Shown: piece by piece, positions 51,918-62,965 of the stretch
Numbering within the stretch: the first letter of the stretch is position 1
How the letters are laid out: every line of letters begins with the position of its first letter
From: an uncultured Armatimonadia bacterium
GTDB taxonomy: Bacteria > Armatimonadota > Zipacnadia > CAZGSV01
Reading direction: 5' to 3'
DNA length: 64,000 bases
NCBI GenBank assembly: GCA_964528605.1
Contig: CAZGSV010000002.1
Span: 14,563-78,562 of the forward strand
Notes under the pieces: model-generated
Database searches by the model: none
What the model saw: the letters and a program-made list of their open reading frames with translations, nothing else
What the model was told of the DNA's origin: nothing
Translations under genes and position numbers: made by a program

Positions 51918-53072
51918 CTAGGCGTCGGCAGGTATGAACCCGTGGTAGCGGCCCATCCAGTACGCGCGCAGATACGGGGTGGGCGCCCCCTCGACCGCCG
52001 CCTCGATCACCTGCACCTTGCCGCCCACCTCCAACTCGAAGCGCTGCTTCCTGTCCACCAGCGGCGGCGTAAACGGGCTGGGTGAGCCCGGGTGTTCCGG
52101 GTCCCCAGGTTCATAGTCACGCAGCCACTGCCAGGACTCCTTCGGGATGGGCGCCTCCGGGCGATAGGCCTTGTATGCCCAGTTGAAGAAGGGGTCACGC
52201 AGGTGCTCGCGCCGCACCCCGCGCCACTGGATCTCCAACGACCGGCGGTAGTAGGCGAGCAGGCTTGAGTCGGTCTCATACTTCAGCAGCGGGTAAAGGA
52301 TGGACATCGCCAGGTTCCAGTCCCACGGCGACTCGCCTGGCTCCTTGTTCGCATTGGCGCGCCCCGCCCTCTCGTGATAGCCAAAGTCCCGGATCAAGCG
52401 GTGGTACTCCTGCGGGAAGCGGCGCTTCTTGGTGATGTGGTAGGCGCTGCGGAGGAAACTCAACGGCTCCAGCGCGTTCAGGTCTTCCTCAAGGATGACC
52501 GGACACATGTTGCCCCACATGGTCATGCGCCCGTCTGCATCCACGATGCGCATGTTGGCGTCCACGATCTTCCCCATGATGAGGTCAACGTCCTTGGCCA
52601 CTTGCGCTTTTTCCTTCGCATCCGCGACCAGATCGTAGTAGAGCGCATATCCGAAGATGATGCCGGCGAGGGAGTCAGTCATGGCGTCACCCACCCAGCG
52701 GTACTCGCCCGCTTGGTGCCACTCGCCCGGATAGTAGAAGAACTGCTCATCCCAACTGGGGCCCCGGCCGCGCTTGAAGCCGCAAGCGAAGGCGCCGTCG
52801 CTGCCGGTGATGCGCTGCAGTTCGCGCAGCGCCCGCGCCGTCTGCCGCGCGCGTCGCCTGGTCGCAGCATCCTTAGTGACGGCCCAGCGGAAGGACAGGA
52901 CGCCTAGGTAGGTGCCGGTGGAAATGGCGTCGTCTTCGTGGTTGCCGGTGGAGTAGTCGGGCAGCCCGACGGGAGGCAGGAGCACGTGGGTTCTGACCTG
53001 CCCCTCGTAGTTGTGCCGCTCGTCCATTACCGCTTCGCAGTGCAGCGCCTTCTCGTAAAGCGTGTGGGCCAT
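51918..53072 (-). CDS. Uncharacterised conserved protein, paralog D (384 aa).
   Basis: It has the same conserved blocks. It is closest to paralog C in the C-terminal third (GDPEHPGSPxP). Confidence 0.8.
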   Translation of the reverse strand: MAHTLYEKALHCEAVMDERHNYEGQVRTHVLLPPVGLPDYSTGNHEDDAISTGTYLGVLSFRWAVTKDAATRRRARQTARALRELQRITGSDGAFACGFKRGRGPSWDEQFFYYPGEWHQAGEYRWVGDAMTDSLAGIIFGYALYYDLVADAKEKAQVAKDVDLIMGKIVDANMRIVDADGRMTMWGNMCPVILEEDLNALEPLSFLRSAYHITKKRRFPQEYHRLIRDFGYHERAGRANANKEPGESPWDWNLAMSILYPLLKYETDSSLLAYYRRSLEIQWRGVRREHLRDPFFNWAYKAYRPEAPIPKESWQWLRDYEPGDPEHPGSPSPFTPPLVDRKQRFELEVGGKVQVIEAAVEGAPTPYLRAYWMGRYHGFIPADA

Positions 53073-53213
53073 TTCTCAACCGCACCCCTTCCTCGTTGAC
53101 TGGGGACAGCGTGGGGTCAAGTCTAGCGAGGAGGCGGCGGCGGTTCAACGGCAACCCGCGCTCGGCCCCGATAGATCGCGCCAGGCATGGCGCTCCTACG
53201 CGGATGGGCGGGC

Positions 53214-54311
53214 TTAGGCCGGCGACGAGGAGAGCATCTGCGCGATGCGCTGCTCCTCGTCCGCCTGCTGCAGGTGCTGCAGCAGGTCCTCCAACTCACC
53301 ATCGAGGATCTGCTCGAGGTTGTGGGTGGTGTAGTTGATGCGGTGGTCGGTGACGCGGTTCTGCGGGAAATTGTAGGTGCGGATCTTCTCCGAGCGGTCA
53401 CCGGTCTTGATTTGCGCCCGTCGAGTGGCCGCGATCTCCTGCTCCTGCTCCGCCATTTTCTGCTCGAGCAAGCGGGCGCGCAGCCAGCGCATGGCCTTCA
53501 CCTTGTTCTGCAGTTGGCTGCGCTCGTCGCTGCACTGCGCCACCAGGCCCGTGGGCACGTGCGTAATGCGCACGCCGGTCTCGTTCTTCTGCATGTGCTG
53601 CCCGCCCGGGCCGCCCGCGCGGAAGGTGTCTGTGCGCAGGTCGTTGGCCTCTATCTTGACGTCAACTTCCTCCGCCTCCGCCAGCACCGCAACGGAAGCG
53701 GCGGAGGTGTGCATGCGGCCGCTGGCCTCGGTGACCGGCACGCGTTGGACGCGATGCACGCCGCTCTCGAAGGAGAGCAACCCGTAGGCGCCCTTCCCCT
53801 CCACGGCCAGCGTGACTTCCTTGTAGCCGCCGAGGCCGGTCGGGCTGGCGTCGAGCGCTTGCAGTTTCCAGCCCTTGCGTTCGGCGAAGCGCGTGTACAT
53901 CCGACAGAGGTCGGCGGCAAAAAGGGCCGCCTCCTCGCCGCCCGTGCCGGCGCGGATCTCAACGATGGCGTTACGGTCCCAGTTGGGGTCTCTGGGAAGC
54001 AGGCGGCGCCGCAACTCGCTCGCCAGCGACCCCACTTCTCCGTGAAGTTCCTCGAGTTCGCCGCGCGCCATCTCCGCGGTCGCTTCGTCGAGGTCGCCCT
54101 GCCGCAGCATCTCTTCGGTGGTGCGCACTTGGCGCTCGGCTTGCTGGTAGCGGTCGTACAACCCGAGCAGTTCGCTCAGTTCCGCCCGCCGCCGCGCCAG
54201 TTCGCGGTAACGGGGCAGGCCCCCGGTGACCGCCGGGTCAGCCAGGCGCCCCTCGAGTTCTCCGAGTTCCTTGCGCGCCTTCTCTAGTTGCTCGATGAAC
54301 TGGTGCAACAT
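53214..54311 (-). CDS. prfA: Peptide chain release factor 1.
   Basis: It has the PVT tripeptide anticodon motif ([15 protein letters not shown]) and the GGQ motif ([22 protein letters not shown]). Confidence 0.85.
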   Translation of the reverse strand: MLHQFIEQLEKARKELGELEGRLADPAVTGGLPRYRELARRRAELSELLGLYDRYQQAERQVRTTEEMLRQGDLDEATAEMARGELEELHGEVGSLASELRRRLLPRDPNWDRNAIVEIRAGTGGEEAALFAADLCRMYTRFAERKGWKLQALDASPTGLGGYKEVTLAVEGKGAYGLLSFESGVHRVQRVPVTEASGRMHTSAASVAVLAEAEEVDVKIEANDLRTDTFRAGGPGGQHMQKNETGVRITHVPTGLVAQCSDERSQLQNKVKAMRWLRARLLEQKMAEQEQEIAATRRAQIKTGDRSEKIRTYNFPQNRVTDHRINYTTHNLEQILDGELEDLLQHLQQADEEQRIAQMLSSSPA

Positions 54312-54331
54312 TTCGCTTCTCGACCACCAGG

Positions 54332-55261
54332 TTACCCAGCGGCGCCGGCTTGCTCCGCTGCGCTTTCGCTCCCGACGGCGGCTTGTTCCGCTTCCGCGCG
54401 CCGCACCTCGTTGAACGAGCGGATGGCGACCTCCACCTGCCCGTCATCGGGCGCGCCCGTGGTGAGGCGCTGTAACCACAAGCCGGGCACCACCATCCAG
54501 CGCAACACTCCCAGGTCGGGCCGGCGCGCCGCCGCTTTGATCACTTCGTAGGAGATGCCGCCGATGATCGGCAGCAGCAGCAAGCGCAGCAGTATCCTGC
54601 CAACGAAGTGACCCCAGGGCAGCGCCGCGAACACCACCAAGGTCACCAGCAGCACCACTACAATGAAGTTGGTGCCGCAGCGCTCGTGAATGGAACTGAA
54701 CTGCTGCACGCGCTCAACCTCCAGCGGCACTCCCGCCTCGAAGGCGTTGATGGTGCGGTGCTCCGCGCCGTGGTAGCGGAAGATGCGCCGCACGTCCTTC
54801 AGCCGGGAGACGGCGAGAAAGTAGAGCCCGAAGATGGCGAAGCGGATCAACCCCTCGATAGTGCTCACTTGCCATGAGGCCTGGATGTCGAGCCAGTGCT
54901 TGGTTCCCGCCGCGAGGCGCTCGGGGATGAAGAGGAAGAGGAGCAACGCCAGCAAGGCGGCGGTGATGGAGGTCCAGGGCGAGGTCGGCTTGTCAAGCAG
55001 GGCATTGGCGGACCACTGGATCGCCCAGATGCCCAGCCGGAGCGTGTCATAGAGAGCGACGACCCCACGGAGGACAGGCTTGTTCAGCGACGGGTAGCGC
55101 GTCGCAAGCGAATCAACCGGCCGAACGGTGATGACGATCTCGCCCGACTCCTTCCGGACTGCCACGGCGCACGTCTCGCGGCCTCGCATCATCACTCCCT
55201 CGATCACCGCCTGCCCCCCGTAGGGGGACGGGGCGGGGTGATGCGCGGAGCCCTCCGACAT
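54332..55261 (-). CDS. DUF1385 (YqhQ-like) membrane protein.
   Basis: GGQAVIEGVMMRG...YHGAEH is the DUF1385 signature. It is often found near rpmE and prfA. Confidence 0.75.
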   Translation of the reverse strand: MSEGSAHHPAPSPYGGQAVIEGVMMRGRETCAVAVRKESGEIVITVRPVDSLATRYPSLNKPVLRGVVALYDTLRLGIWAIQWSANALLDKPTSPWTSITAALLALLLFLFIPERLAAGTKHWLDIQASWQVSTIEGLIRFAIFGLYFLAVSRLKDVRRIFRYHGAEHRTINAFEAGVPLEVERVQQFSSIHERCGTNFIVVVLLVTLVVFAALPWGHFVGRILLRLLLLPIIGGISYEVIKAAARRPDLGVLRWMVVPGLWLQRLTTGAPDDGQVEVAIRSFNEVRRAEAEQAAVGSESAAEQAGAAG

Positions 55262-55272
55262 CGGGGAACGGG

Positions 55273-55515
55273 CTAGGACTCGGGAGCAGCGTCCGCTTCG
55301 GCCTCGGGAGCCGCTTTGGCCTTAGCGGCGCGCCGCCGGAACCGCTCCACGCGGCCTTCAGTGTCCACAAGCTTCTGCTTGCCGGTGTAGAAGGGGTGGC
55401 ACTGGGAGCAAACTTCCACCTTGATCTGCGGGACCGTAGAGCGGGTCTCGAAGGTATTGCCGCAGGCGCAAATCACGGTCGCCTTTATGTGCTCGGGATG
55501 AATGCCCTTTTTCAC
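55273..55515 (-). CDS. rpmE: 50S ribosomal protein L31 with a short acidic/Ala-rich C-terminal extension.
   Basis: A GTG start gives [48 protein letters not shown]. The track ORF extends 11 codons upstream to an ATG at 55548. Confidence 0.8.
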   Translation of the reverse strand: MKKGIHPEHIKATVICACGNTFETRSTVPQIKVEVCSQCHPFYTGKQKLVDTEGRVERFRRRAAKAKAAPEAEADAAPES

Positions 55516-55578
55516 TGAACCGACCTCCTGGAGCCACCATTTTCGCACATTGCGGACCTTCGCGTCAAAGGGAGCGGG

Positions 55579-56904
55579 TTAGCCGCCGGCTTTGGCGTCC
55601 GAGGCCCGAAACTCAACGGCCGCAGCGTGCCCGCCGAGCCCCTCGGAGCGCGCTAGCGCGGCTGCGGGCCGGCTCAAGGCCGACCCCGCCTCGCGGCTCA
55701 GGGCCACCAAGCCGGTGCGCTTGACGAAATCGTTAACGCTCAGCGGCCCAAAGAATCTCCCGCTGCCGGCGGTAGGCAGCACGTGGCTGGGGCCGGCGAG
55801 GTAGTCACCATAAGCCACCGCGGAATACGGTCCCACAAACACGGCTCCGGCGGCGCGCACCTGTGAGGCGGTGGCCAGTCCGTCCTCCGTAACTATCTGC
55901 GCGTGCTCGGGGGCGAAGGCGTTGAGCAGGTCAACACCCTCCTCCACCTTGCGCACGCGCACCAGCGCCCCGAACTTCTCCAGGCTCTCGCCGGCGTAGC
56001 CTCGCCGCGTCAGTTGCTTCAGTTGCTGCCCCACCTGCTTGCGCACCGCGGTCAGCAGGGCGTCGCTCGGGGATATCAGGATTGCAGGCGATTCGGGCCC
56101 GTGCTCGGCCTGCGCGAGCAGATCGGCCGCCAGCCAAGCCGCGTACGGCAGCGCGGTGTCGTCCGCGAGGATCGCAACCTCGCTCGGCCCAGGCAGCGAG
56201 GAGATGCCCACATCGCCGAACACCAGGCGCATCGCCGCCACCACATAGGGATGCCCGGGCCCGGCTATCTTGTCCGCCTTGGGCACGGACTGAGTACCGT
56301 AAGCGAAGGCCGCGACGGCGTGCGCCCCCCCCGCGCGCAAGACGCCGGCAGCGCCACATGCCTTCGCCGCGAAGAGAATCTCCGCGCGGATCGCACCCGT
56401 CTTCGGGTGCGGTGCGCTGAAGAGGTACACCTCGTCCACCCCGGCCACCTTGGCCGGAATCACGGTCATCACCACACTCGAGGGCGCCGGCGCCAGCCGG
56501 CCCGGGATCGGGCAAGCGACCCTACGCAGCGGCGCTATCTGCTGACCCATGAGGCTGCCGAACTGATCGTTGGCAAACCAGGAACGCGGCCGCTCCGCCT
56601 GGTGGTACGCGCGCACGCGCTCGATCGCCAGCATCAGCGCCTCGCGGAAGCGCCGCGCCAGTTTGCCCTCGGCCTGCCGCAGCTCTCGCTCGCTCACCCA
56701 CAGGTTCCGCTTGGTCACCAGGGGGCAATCGAACTGCCGCACGCAGCGCAGAAGGGCGGCGTCGCCCTCCTGGCGCACGGCCGCCACGATAGCCGATGCC
56801 CTCTCCTGTACCTCTTGGGCGATGGACAACGTCGCGCGGCGAAGGTCGCGCGCTATCGCCGACACCTTTTGCTTTCGCGAATCAAGAGAACGCATAAGTG
56901 GCAC
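55579..56904 (-). CDS. hisD: Histidinol dehydrogenase.
   Basis: It has the LAQAEHGPES and NAFAPEHAQIV motifs of HisD. The product is ~440 aa. Confidence 0.85.
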   Translation of the reverse strand: MPLMRSLDSRKQKVSAIARDLRRATLSIAQEVQERASAIVAAVRQEGDAALLRCVRQFDCPLVTKRNLWVSERELRQAEGKLARRFREALMLAIERVRAYHQAERPRSWFANDQFGSLMGQQIAPLRRVACPIPGRLAPAPSSVVMTVIPAKVAGVDEVYLFSAPHPKTGAIRAEILFAAKACGAAGVLRAGGAHAVAAFAYGTQSVPKADKIAGPGHPYVVAAMRLVFGDVGISSLPGPSEVAILADDTALPYAAWLAADLLAQAEHGPESPAILISPSDALLTAVRKQVGQQLKQLTRRGYAGESLEKFGALVRVRKVEEGVDLLNAFAPEHAQIVTEDGLATASQVRAAGAVFVGPYSAVAYGDYLAGPSHVLPTAGSGRFFGPLSVNDFVKRTGLVALSREAGSALSRPAAALARSEGLGGHAAAVEFRASDAKAGG

Positions 56905-57102
56905 TTCCCTTCGCGCTCTGGCTCACAGGGGCCGTTGGCATCCCAGGTCAATATACGAAACCAGGTGCCTGCCGCCAAAAGGCACGAGTGGGCGAGACGC
57001 GAGCCGTTAGTCACTCGCCTGGACCGCCCGGGCCCTGCTCCGCCAATGAATTCGCCCTCGGCGGGGCCGAGGGCGAATCGGTGGCTATCCGGAAGCCCGG
57101 GG

Positions 57103-58458
57103 TTAGACCTTGGGCACCTTGGCCAAGGACCGCTCGATCTCCTCTTTGGGGTACTCGTAGTCCTCCAATTGCCCCGCCAGATACGCGTCGTAGGCAGCAA
57201 GGTCAAAGTGGCCGTGGCCGCTGAAGTTGAAAGCAATGACGCGCTTCTCGCCGGCCTTCTTCGCCTGCAGCGCCTCGTCCACGACCACGCGGATAGCGTG
57301 CGCCGTCTCCGGGGCGGGGATGATGCCCTCCGTGCGAGCGAAGAGCATGGCCGCCTCGAACACCGGATTCTGATGGCAGGCAACGGCCTCCACGATCCCC
57401 TGATCATACAAAGAGCAAAGCAAGGGGGCGTCCCCATGATAACGCAAGCCGCCGGCGTGGATTCCCGGCGGCACGAAATCGTGACCCAAAGTGTACATCT
57501 TGAGCAACGGCGTCTGCTGGGCAGTGTCGCCGAAGTCGTAGACGTACTTGCCCTTGGTCAAGGTGGGGCAGGCCTCCGGCTCTACCGCAACCGCGCGCAC
57601 CTTGGCGCCCTTGGTCAAGCGGTCCGCGATGAAGGGGAAGGAGAAGCCGCCGAAATTGCTCCCGCCCCCGACACAGCCGATCACCACATCCGGATACTCC
57701 CCCGCCATCTCCATCTGCTTCTTGGTTTCCTGGCCCACGATGGTTTGGTGCAGCAGGACGTGGTTGAGTACGCTGCCGAGAGAGTACTTGGTGTCGTCGT
57801 GGGTGGCGGCGTCCTCAATGGCCTCGCTGATGGCGATGCCCAGGGAGCCGAGCGAATCGGGGTGCTCCTTCAAGACCGCGCGCCCCGCGTTGGTGAGGTC
57901 CGTGGGGCTGGAGAACACCTTAGCGCCCCAGATTTCCATCAGCGAACGCCGGTAGGGCTTCTGGTGGTAGGACACTTTCACCATATAGACCGTGCACTCG
58001 AGCCCGAACATGTTGCAGGCCATGGCGAGGGCGCTGCCCCACTGCCCCGCGCCGGTCTCGGTGGCGATGCGCTTCACGCCCTGCATCTTGTTGTAGTAGG
58101 CCTGCGCGATGGCCGTATTGGGCTTGTGGCTGCCGGGGGGGCTGACGCTCTCGTTCTTGTAGTAGATGTGCGCCGGGGTGTCGAGAGCCTTCTCCAAGGC
58201 TAGCGCGCGCTGCAGCGGCGTCGGCCGATAGAGCAGATACTTCTCCCGTACCTCGTCCGGAATCTCGATCAAGCGCTCCGCGCTGACCTCCTGCTTGATG
58301 AGTTCCATCGGGAAGATGGGGGCCAAGGCCTCGGGGCCAATGGGCTGCTTGGTGGCCGGATTGAGCGGCGGATCGAGTGGCCTCGGCAGGTCCGGGGTGA
58401 TGTTGTACCAATGCGTCGGCAGGTCTCTTTCCTGGAGCAGTATCTTCCTCGGCGCCAT
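57103..58458 (-). CDS. Tryptophan synthase beta-subunit-like PLP enzyme, TrpB2 type.
   Basis: It has the N-terminal extension (LPTHWYNI...) and [17 protein letters not shown] (PLP-lysine) typical of TrpB2. The ATG at 58458 gives MAPRKILL. Confidence 0.8.
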   Translation of the reverse strand: MAPRKILLQERDLPTHWYNITPDLPRPLDPPLNPATKQPIGPEALAPIFPMELIKQEVSAERLIEIPDEVREKYLLYRPTPLQRALALEKALDTPAHIYYKNESVSPPGSHKPNTAIAQAYYNKMQGVKRIATETGAGQWGSALAMACNMFGLECTVYMVKVSYHQKPYRRSLMEIWGAKVFSSPTDLTNAGRAVLKEHPDSLGSLGIAISEAIEDAATHDDTKYSLGSVLNHVLLHQTIVGQETKKQMEMAGEYPDVVIGCVGGGSNFGGFSFPFIADRLTKGAKVRAVAVEPEACPTLTKGKYVYDFGDTAQQTPLLKMYTLGHDFVPPGIHAGGLRYHGDAPLLCSLYDQGIVEAVACHQNPVFEAAMLFARTEGIIPAPETAHAIRVVVDEALQAKKAGEKRVIAFNFSGHGHFDLAAYDAYLAGQLEDYEYPKEEIERSLAKVPKV

Positions 58459-58481
58459 GACAATCACTCCTTGTATTGCGG

Positions 58482-61400
58482 TTATTGGCCGGCCAGCGCT
58501 ACGGCGTTCTCGCCGAACAACCCAGCCAGCTGCTGCTGCAACTCCTCGCTACAGGCCACGCGGCAGCCCGCTCCCAGAGAGATCCGCCGCTCCCGACCGT
58601 CCCCGAACCTGACTCGCAGCACCACCGGTGTCTTGCCGGGACAGGTCTCCAGGGCGTCCCGCAAGTCGAGCAGCAACCCCTCGTGGAGCGCGACTGCCGA
58701 GGTAACGATCTGCAGATGCCCCCTGGAGGTTACAGTGCGCTGAGAAGAATCTCCGTTCTTCCTGGGCATGTAGGATCTGTCCGCCTTCGCTTGCTCATAG
58801 GGGAGCACGCGGTCCGCAATCAGTTTGGGCATCGCCGCTCGCCCGCCCCGCCCCTCCCCCTCCTCGGGTGGCTGCGAGCGCCCGGCGACGACCACCAGCC
58901 GGTCGCGGACCACTGCCGTGCCGTAGCGTTTGAACGGGTCGGGGAACAGAACCACGTCCACCGGCCCGGTGGGGTCCTCCAGCGTGAAGAACATCATCGG
59001 CTGGTTGTTGCGCGCGGTGTGGGAGCGCACTTGCGTCACTCGCCCGGTCAGCGCGCATTGCGTGGATTGCCGCAGCGCACCCAGGTCTGCGGCCGAGTGC
59101 GTGCACAACTCCCGCCAGTCCTCGGGGAACAGCGATTCCGCCGAGCCCGAGAGGCAGATGCCGAGCAGTTCTTTCTCAAAGTCGAGCAGTTCTTTGGCGC
59201 TCAACTCGGGCAGATCCTCGACCGTCGGCTGCGCCGCCGCCGCCTGTCCGAACAGGGAGGCTTGCCCGTTGGCGGCCTGGTCGTGGGTGCGCTTGCCGCA
59301 TTCCACCGCGCGCGGCAACGCCGCCAGATGGGCAGCGCGGGTACCGAAGGAATCAAAGGCGCCCGCCTGCACCAGCAGTTCCAGCGTCGAGCGCGTGACC
59401 AGCCCGAGCGGAACGCGCTCGCAGACATCGAACATGCCGGCGAACGGCCCGGCGGCGCGCGCCTCGATGATCCCCTGCACCACGTTCTTGCCGATGCCTT
59501 TGATGGCGCCCAGCCCGAAGCGAATGGTGGAGCCATCCTCTACCGAGAACCCCTCCTGGCTGCGGTTGAGGTCCGGCAGGGCCACCCGCAGCCCCAAGCG
59601 GCGCGCCTCCTCCACGTACTGGGCCGACTTCTCGCGGTCGTGCTCGCAGGTTATCAGCGCCGCCATGTACTCCGCCGGATAGTAAGCCTTCAGGTAGGCC
59701 GTGTAGTAGGATACCAGCGCGTACACTGCCGAGTGCGACTTGTTGAAGCCGTAGGCGCCGAAGTGGGACATGCGGTCGTAGAGTTGCGAGGCGGTTTCCT
59801 CCCTCACCCCGTTGCGCGCGGCCCCCTCCATAAAACGGCCCCGCATTTCCTGCATGACCTCGGGCCTCTTCTTGCTCATCGCCTTCATCAGCATCTCCGC
59901 TTGCCCCATGGTGAAGCCGGCGATGATGTTGGCGATGCTCATCACCTGCTCTTGGTAGAGCATGATGCCATAGGTCTCCGCGAGCACCGGCTCCAAAGCC
60001 GGATGCAAGTACTCCACCGGTTCTTGGCCCTGCCGCCGCTGCACGAAAACGTCGAGGCGGCCCATGGGGCCCGGACGGAAGAGCGCGATGATGTGCATCA
60101 GGTCGCCCAAAGACCGGGGACCGATGCTGCGAAGGAGTTCCCTCATGCCGGGGCTTTCCAGTTGGAAGACCCCCGTGGCCTCGGCCCGGCAGAGCATGTC
60201 AAAGGTCTTGGAGTCGTCCAGAGGGATGGAGTAGAGGTCGAGCCGCTCGCCCCGCCGCCGCTGGATCTCGTCCAGCGCCTGATGGATCGTGTTGAGCGTG
60301 GCCAGGCCCAACATGTCCACCTTGGTCAGCCCCAGGTGCTCCAGGGCGTACTGGTCGTACTGGGTGGTCACGGTGTCGCCCTGGCTGGAGCGCTGGACCG
60401 GCAGGTATTCGGTAAGCGGCTTGTTGGTGATGACGAGCCCGGCGGCGTGGGTGGAGGCGTGCCGGGCGAGGCCCTCCAACCCGATCGAGGTGTCTATCAA
60501 CCGGCGCACGCGCTCGTCGCGGCGGTAGGCATCCGCCAGTTCCAGCACGGTCTCACGCGCTTCGCCCAGGGGCTGGTTGGCGGGCACGAGTTTGGCGATG
60601 GCGTCCACTTCCGCATAGGACATGCCCAGCGCGCGGCCCGCGTCCCTTACGGCGGCGCGAGCGGCCAGCGTTCCGAAGGTCACTATCTGCGCCACGTTCT
60701 CCTCGCCGTAGCGCTCCTTGGCGTAGCGGATCATCTCCTCGCGCCGGTTGTCGGGGATGTCGAGGTCAATGTCCGGCGGGCTCTTGCGCTCGGGGTTGAG
60801 GAAACGCTCGAAGAGCAACCCGTAAGGCAGAGGATTCAGGTGCGTTATGCCCAGCAGGTAAGCGACCAGGCTGCCCGCCGCCGAGCCCCGAGCGCCCACC
60901 ATAATGCCCCGCTCCTTCGCATACCGGGCGAAGTCGTGCACCACCAGGAAGTAGCCCGAGTACCTCTTTTCACTCAACACCGAGAGTTCGTATTCCATGC
61001 GCGCCCGCGCCTGCTCGTCGTTGGCCAGGCCTTGCTCCTCCAGCCCCTGCATGCACAGGTTGTGCAGGTACTCCGACTCGTCCACGCCGGCCGGCAGGTT
61101 GAAGTTGGGCAGGATCAGGTCCTCGCTCTCCCACAGGTCGGTCTCGCAACTCTCGGCGATGGCCAGGGTGTTGCTGAGCGCCTCGGGCAACTCCGCGAAC
61201 ACCTGGCACATTTCCTCCGGCGAACGCAGGTAGAAGAGCGGCACGTCAAATCCCAGGCCGCCGCCTTCGGCCACTGTCTTCTTGGTCTGCACGCACAGCA
61301 GGATGCGCTGCACCTCGTGGTCTTCCTGCCGCAGGTAGTGGACATCGTTCGTCGCCACCACCGGCAGGTTCAGCCGCTTGGCAAGCGCGACTAGTTGCGG

Positions 61401-61970
61401 GTTGGCCCGCGCCTGGTCCTCCAGCCCGTGATCCATCAACTCGATATAGAAACGGCCATCCCTGAAGATCTCGGCGAGGTCCTGTGCGGCGCGCGCGGCC
61501 TTATCCGGCTGGTCACGCAGCACCGCCTGCGCCACTGGCCCCTGCAAGCAGCCCGACAGGCAGATGAGGCCGTCAGCGTAGCGCGCCAGACAGTCCAGGT
61601 CGGCCCGCGGCTTGCGATAGAAACCGCGCAGCCAGGCCTCGGACACCAACTTGATGAGGTTGTGGTAGCCCGCCCGGTTGACGACCAGAAGGGTCAGGTG
61701 GCAGATATCGTCGTCAACCTTGGGGGTGCGCTCCTCCATCGAGCGCGGCGCCAGGTAGATCTCGCAACCGATGATCGGCTTGAGGCCCTGTTCGACCGCG
61801 GCTTGATGAAAGGGCACCACGCCGTGCATGGCGCCGTGGTCGGTGAGGGCCAGGGCCGGCATGCCCATCTCTTTGGCCGCCTCCACCGCCTCGGGGATGC
61901 GCAGGCACCCATCCAGCAGACTGTATTCCGAATGCAAATGCAGATGAACGAACTCTTTAGCGCGCATCAT
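58482..61970 (-). CDS. dnaE: DNA polymerase III alpha subunit.
   Basis: It has an N-terminal PHP domain ([15 protein letters not shown]), polymerase core and OB domain. It is 1162 aa. Confidence 0.9.
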   Translation of the reverse strand: MMRAKEFVHLHLHSEYSLLDGCLRIPEAVEAAKEMGMPALALTDHGAMHGVVPFHQAAVEQGLKPIIGCEIYLAPRSMEERTPKVDDDICHLTLLVVNRAGYHNLIKLVSEAWLRGFYRKPRADLDCLARYADGLICLSGCLQGPVAQAVLRDQPDKAARAAQDLAEIFRDGRFYIELMDHGLEDQARANPQLVALAKRLNLPVVATNDVHYLRQEDHEVQRILLCVQTKKTVAEGGGLGFDVPLFYLRSPEEMCQVFAELPEALSNTLAIAESCETDLWESEDLILPNFNLPAGVDESEYLHNLCMQGLEEQGLANDEQARARMEYELSVLSEKRYSGYFLVVHDFARYAKERGIMVGARGSAAGSLVAYLLGITHLNPLPYGLLFERFLNPERKSPPDIDLDIPDNRREEMIRYAKERYGEENVAQIVTFGTLAARAAVRDAGRALGMSYAEVDAIAKLVPANQPLGEARETVLELADAYRRDERVRRLIDTSIGLEGLARHASTHAAGLVITNKPLTEYLPVQRSSQGDTVTTQYDQYALEHLGLTKVDMLGLATLNTIHQALDEIQRRRGERLDLYSIPLDDSKTFDMLCRAEATGVFQLESPGMRELLRSIGPRSLGDLMHIIALFRPGPMGRLDVFVQRRQGQEPVEYLHPALEPVLAETYGIMLYQEQVMSIANIIAGFTMGQAEMLMKAMSKKRPEVMQEMRGRFMEGAARNGVREETASQLYDRMSHFGAYGFNKSHSAVYALVSYYTAYLKAYYPAEYMAALITCEHDREKSAQYVEEARRLGLRVALPDLNRSQEGFSVEDGSTIRFGLGAIKGIGKNVVQGIIEARAAGPFAGMFDVCERVPLGLVTRSTLELLVQAGAFDSFGTRAAHLAALPRAVECGKRTHDQAANGQASLFGQAAAAQPTVEDLPELSAKELLDFEKELLGICLSGSAESLFPEDWRELCTHSAADLGALRQSTQCALTGRVTQVRSHTARNNQPMMFFTLEDPTGPVDVVLFPDPFKRYGTAVVRDRLVVVAGRSQPPEEGEGRGGRAAMPKLIADRVLPYEQAKADRSYMPRKNGDSSQRTVTSRGHLQIVTSAVALHEGLLLDLRDALETCPGKTPVVLRVRFGDGRERRISLGAGCRVACSEELQQQLAGLFGENAVALAGQ

Positions 61971-62036
61971 GCTCCCGCGCCTAGAAGGTGTATTGCGTTT
62001 TCCGCTCTCCGTAGGCGAGTTCGCAGCAGGCGGACC

Positions 62037-62824
62037 CTACTGCTTGGCCTGCTCGGCAGGCTGTTCGGCCAGCCCCCACTCCGTAGCGAGCGCCTGCAAG
62101 CGCCGCTCCACCTGACCCACATTGGCCGCTGCCACATCCCCCGCGTCGAGACGCAGGGCACCGCTCGCTGCCTCCACAAACTTGGGCATCTCCAGGGCAG
62201 CCTGCTCTGCCGGCCTGGCCTGCACGGCGCGGAGGAGGTTACGCAGCGCGGCTTCGGCTTCGCTGGCGCGTTGGGCCGCAATCGCTCCTAGGGCTGCGGT
62301 CAGCGACTTCTGCGCTTCCGCCACGGGCTCGCCCCAGGTCAACTCGGGCAGCACCTCTTGCAGCGCGGCGGCAGCCGCGCCCGCTTCCTCCATCTTGCCG
62401 TCTTTGAGAGCAGCCAGGGCCCGCTCGATGGTCTGCCTGGCCTGTAACGAGGGCAGTGAGGCCGCCAGTTCAACGCTCGCCCGAAAGAGCTCGTCAAGCG
62501 CCGCCAGCAGGGCTGCCTGCCGCTGTGCGCCGCTCGTCGAGGCGTTCGCGATCTCGGCGCGCACGTCGTCCAGGGCCTGCTGGCAGATGCTCAGGTCCAG
62601 TTCCCGCGTCTGCTTGGCGCTCAGTGCCGGCGGGCGAGGCTTCTCCGCCTGTGGGCGCTCGCCTTCGGTGGTCGTTGCCTCTGGGGGGGTGGCTCCGACC
62701 TGGTTCTGTTCAAAGGAGGAGGGCCCCGGGCCCTGCGTTCCCTGCTCGCTGGTGGGGGGGATGCGCTGGCAGGAGCTGAGGAATAGCAATGCTCCCACGC
62801 AAGCAACGAACAGGCGGTGCACCG
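62037..62824 (-). CDS. Ala/Gln-rich helical lipoprotein.
   Basis: A GTG start at 62824 gives MRASVHRLFVACVGALLFLSSCQ (the lipobox LSSC). The upstream part of the 411-aa track ORF is Arg/Gly-rich and antisense-like. Confidence 0.45.
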
Positions 62825-62965
62825 AGGCCCTCACCTCGTTTGCGGAGTATATCACCGGTCGGCTGCCCCGGCAAGACGATTCCCAAGAAATGTCACCGTG
62901 CGCTGCAACCCCACGCCACAGGTGTCCGCACCACGCGCCCGGAGCCCTCGCGTCCGGCGTCCGCC

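Noticed and set aside
58476-61394. 972-aa ORF on the plus strand.
   Set aside because: It is entirely antisense to dnaE, which has unambiguous PHP and polymerase motifs. Its translation is R/G/A/H/L-rich low-complexity, typical of open antisense frames in high-GC DNA.
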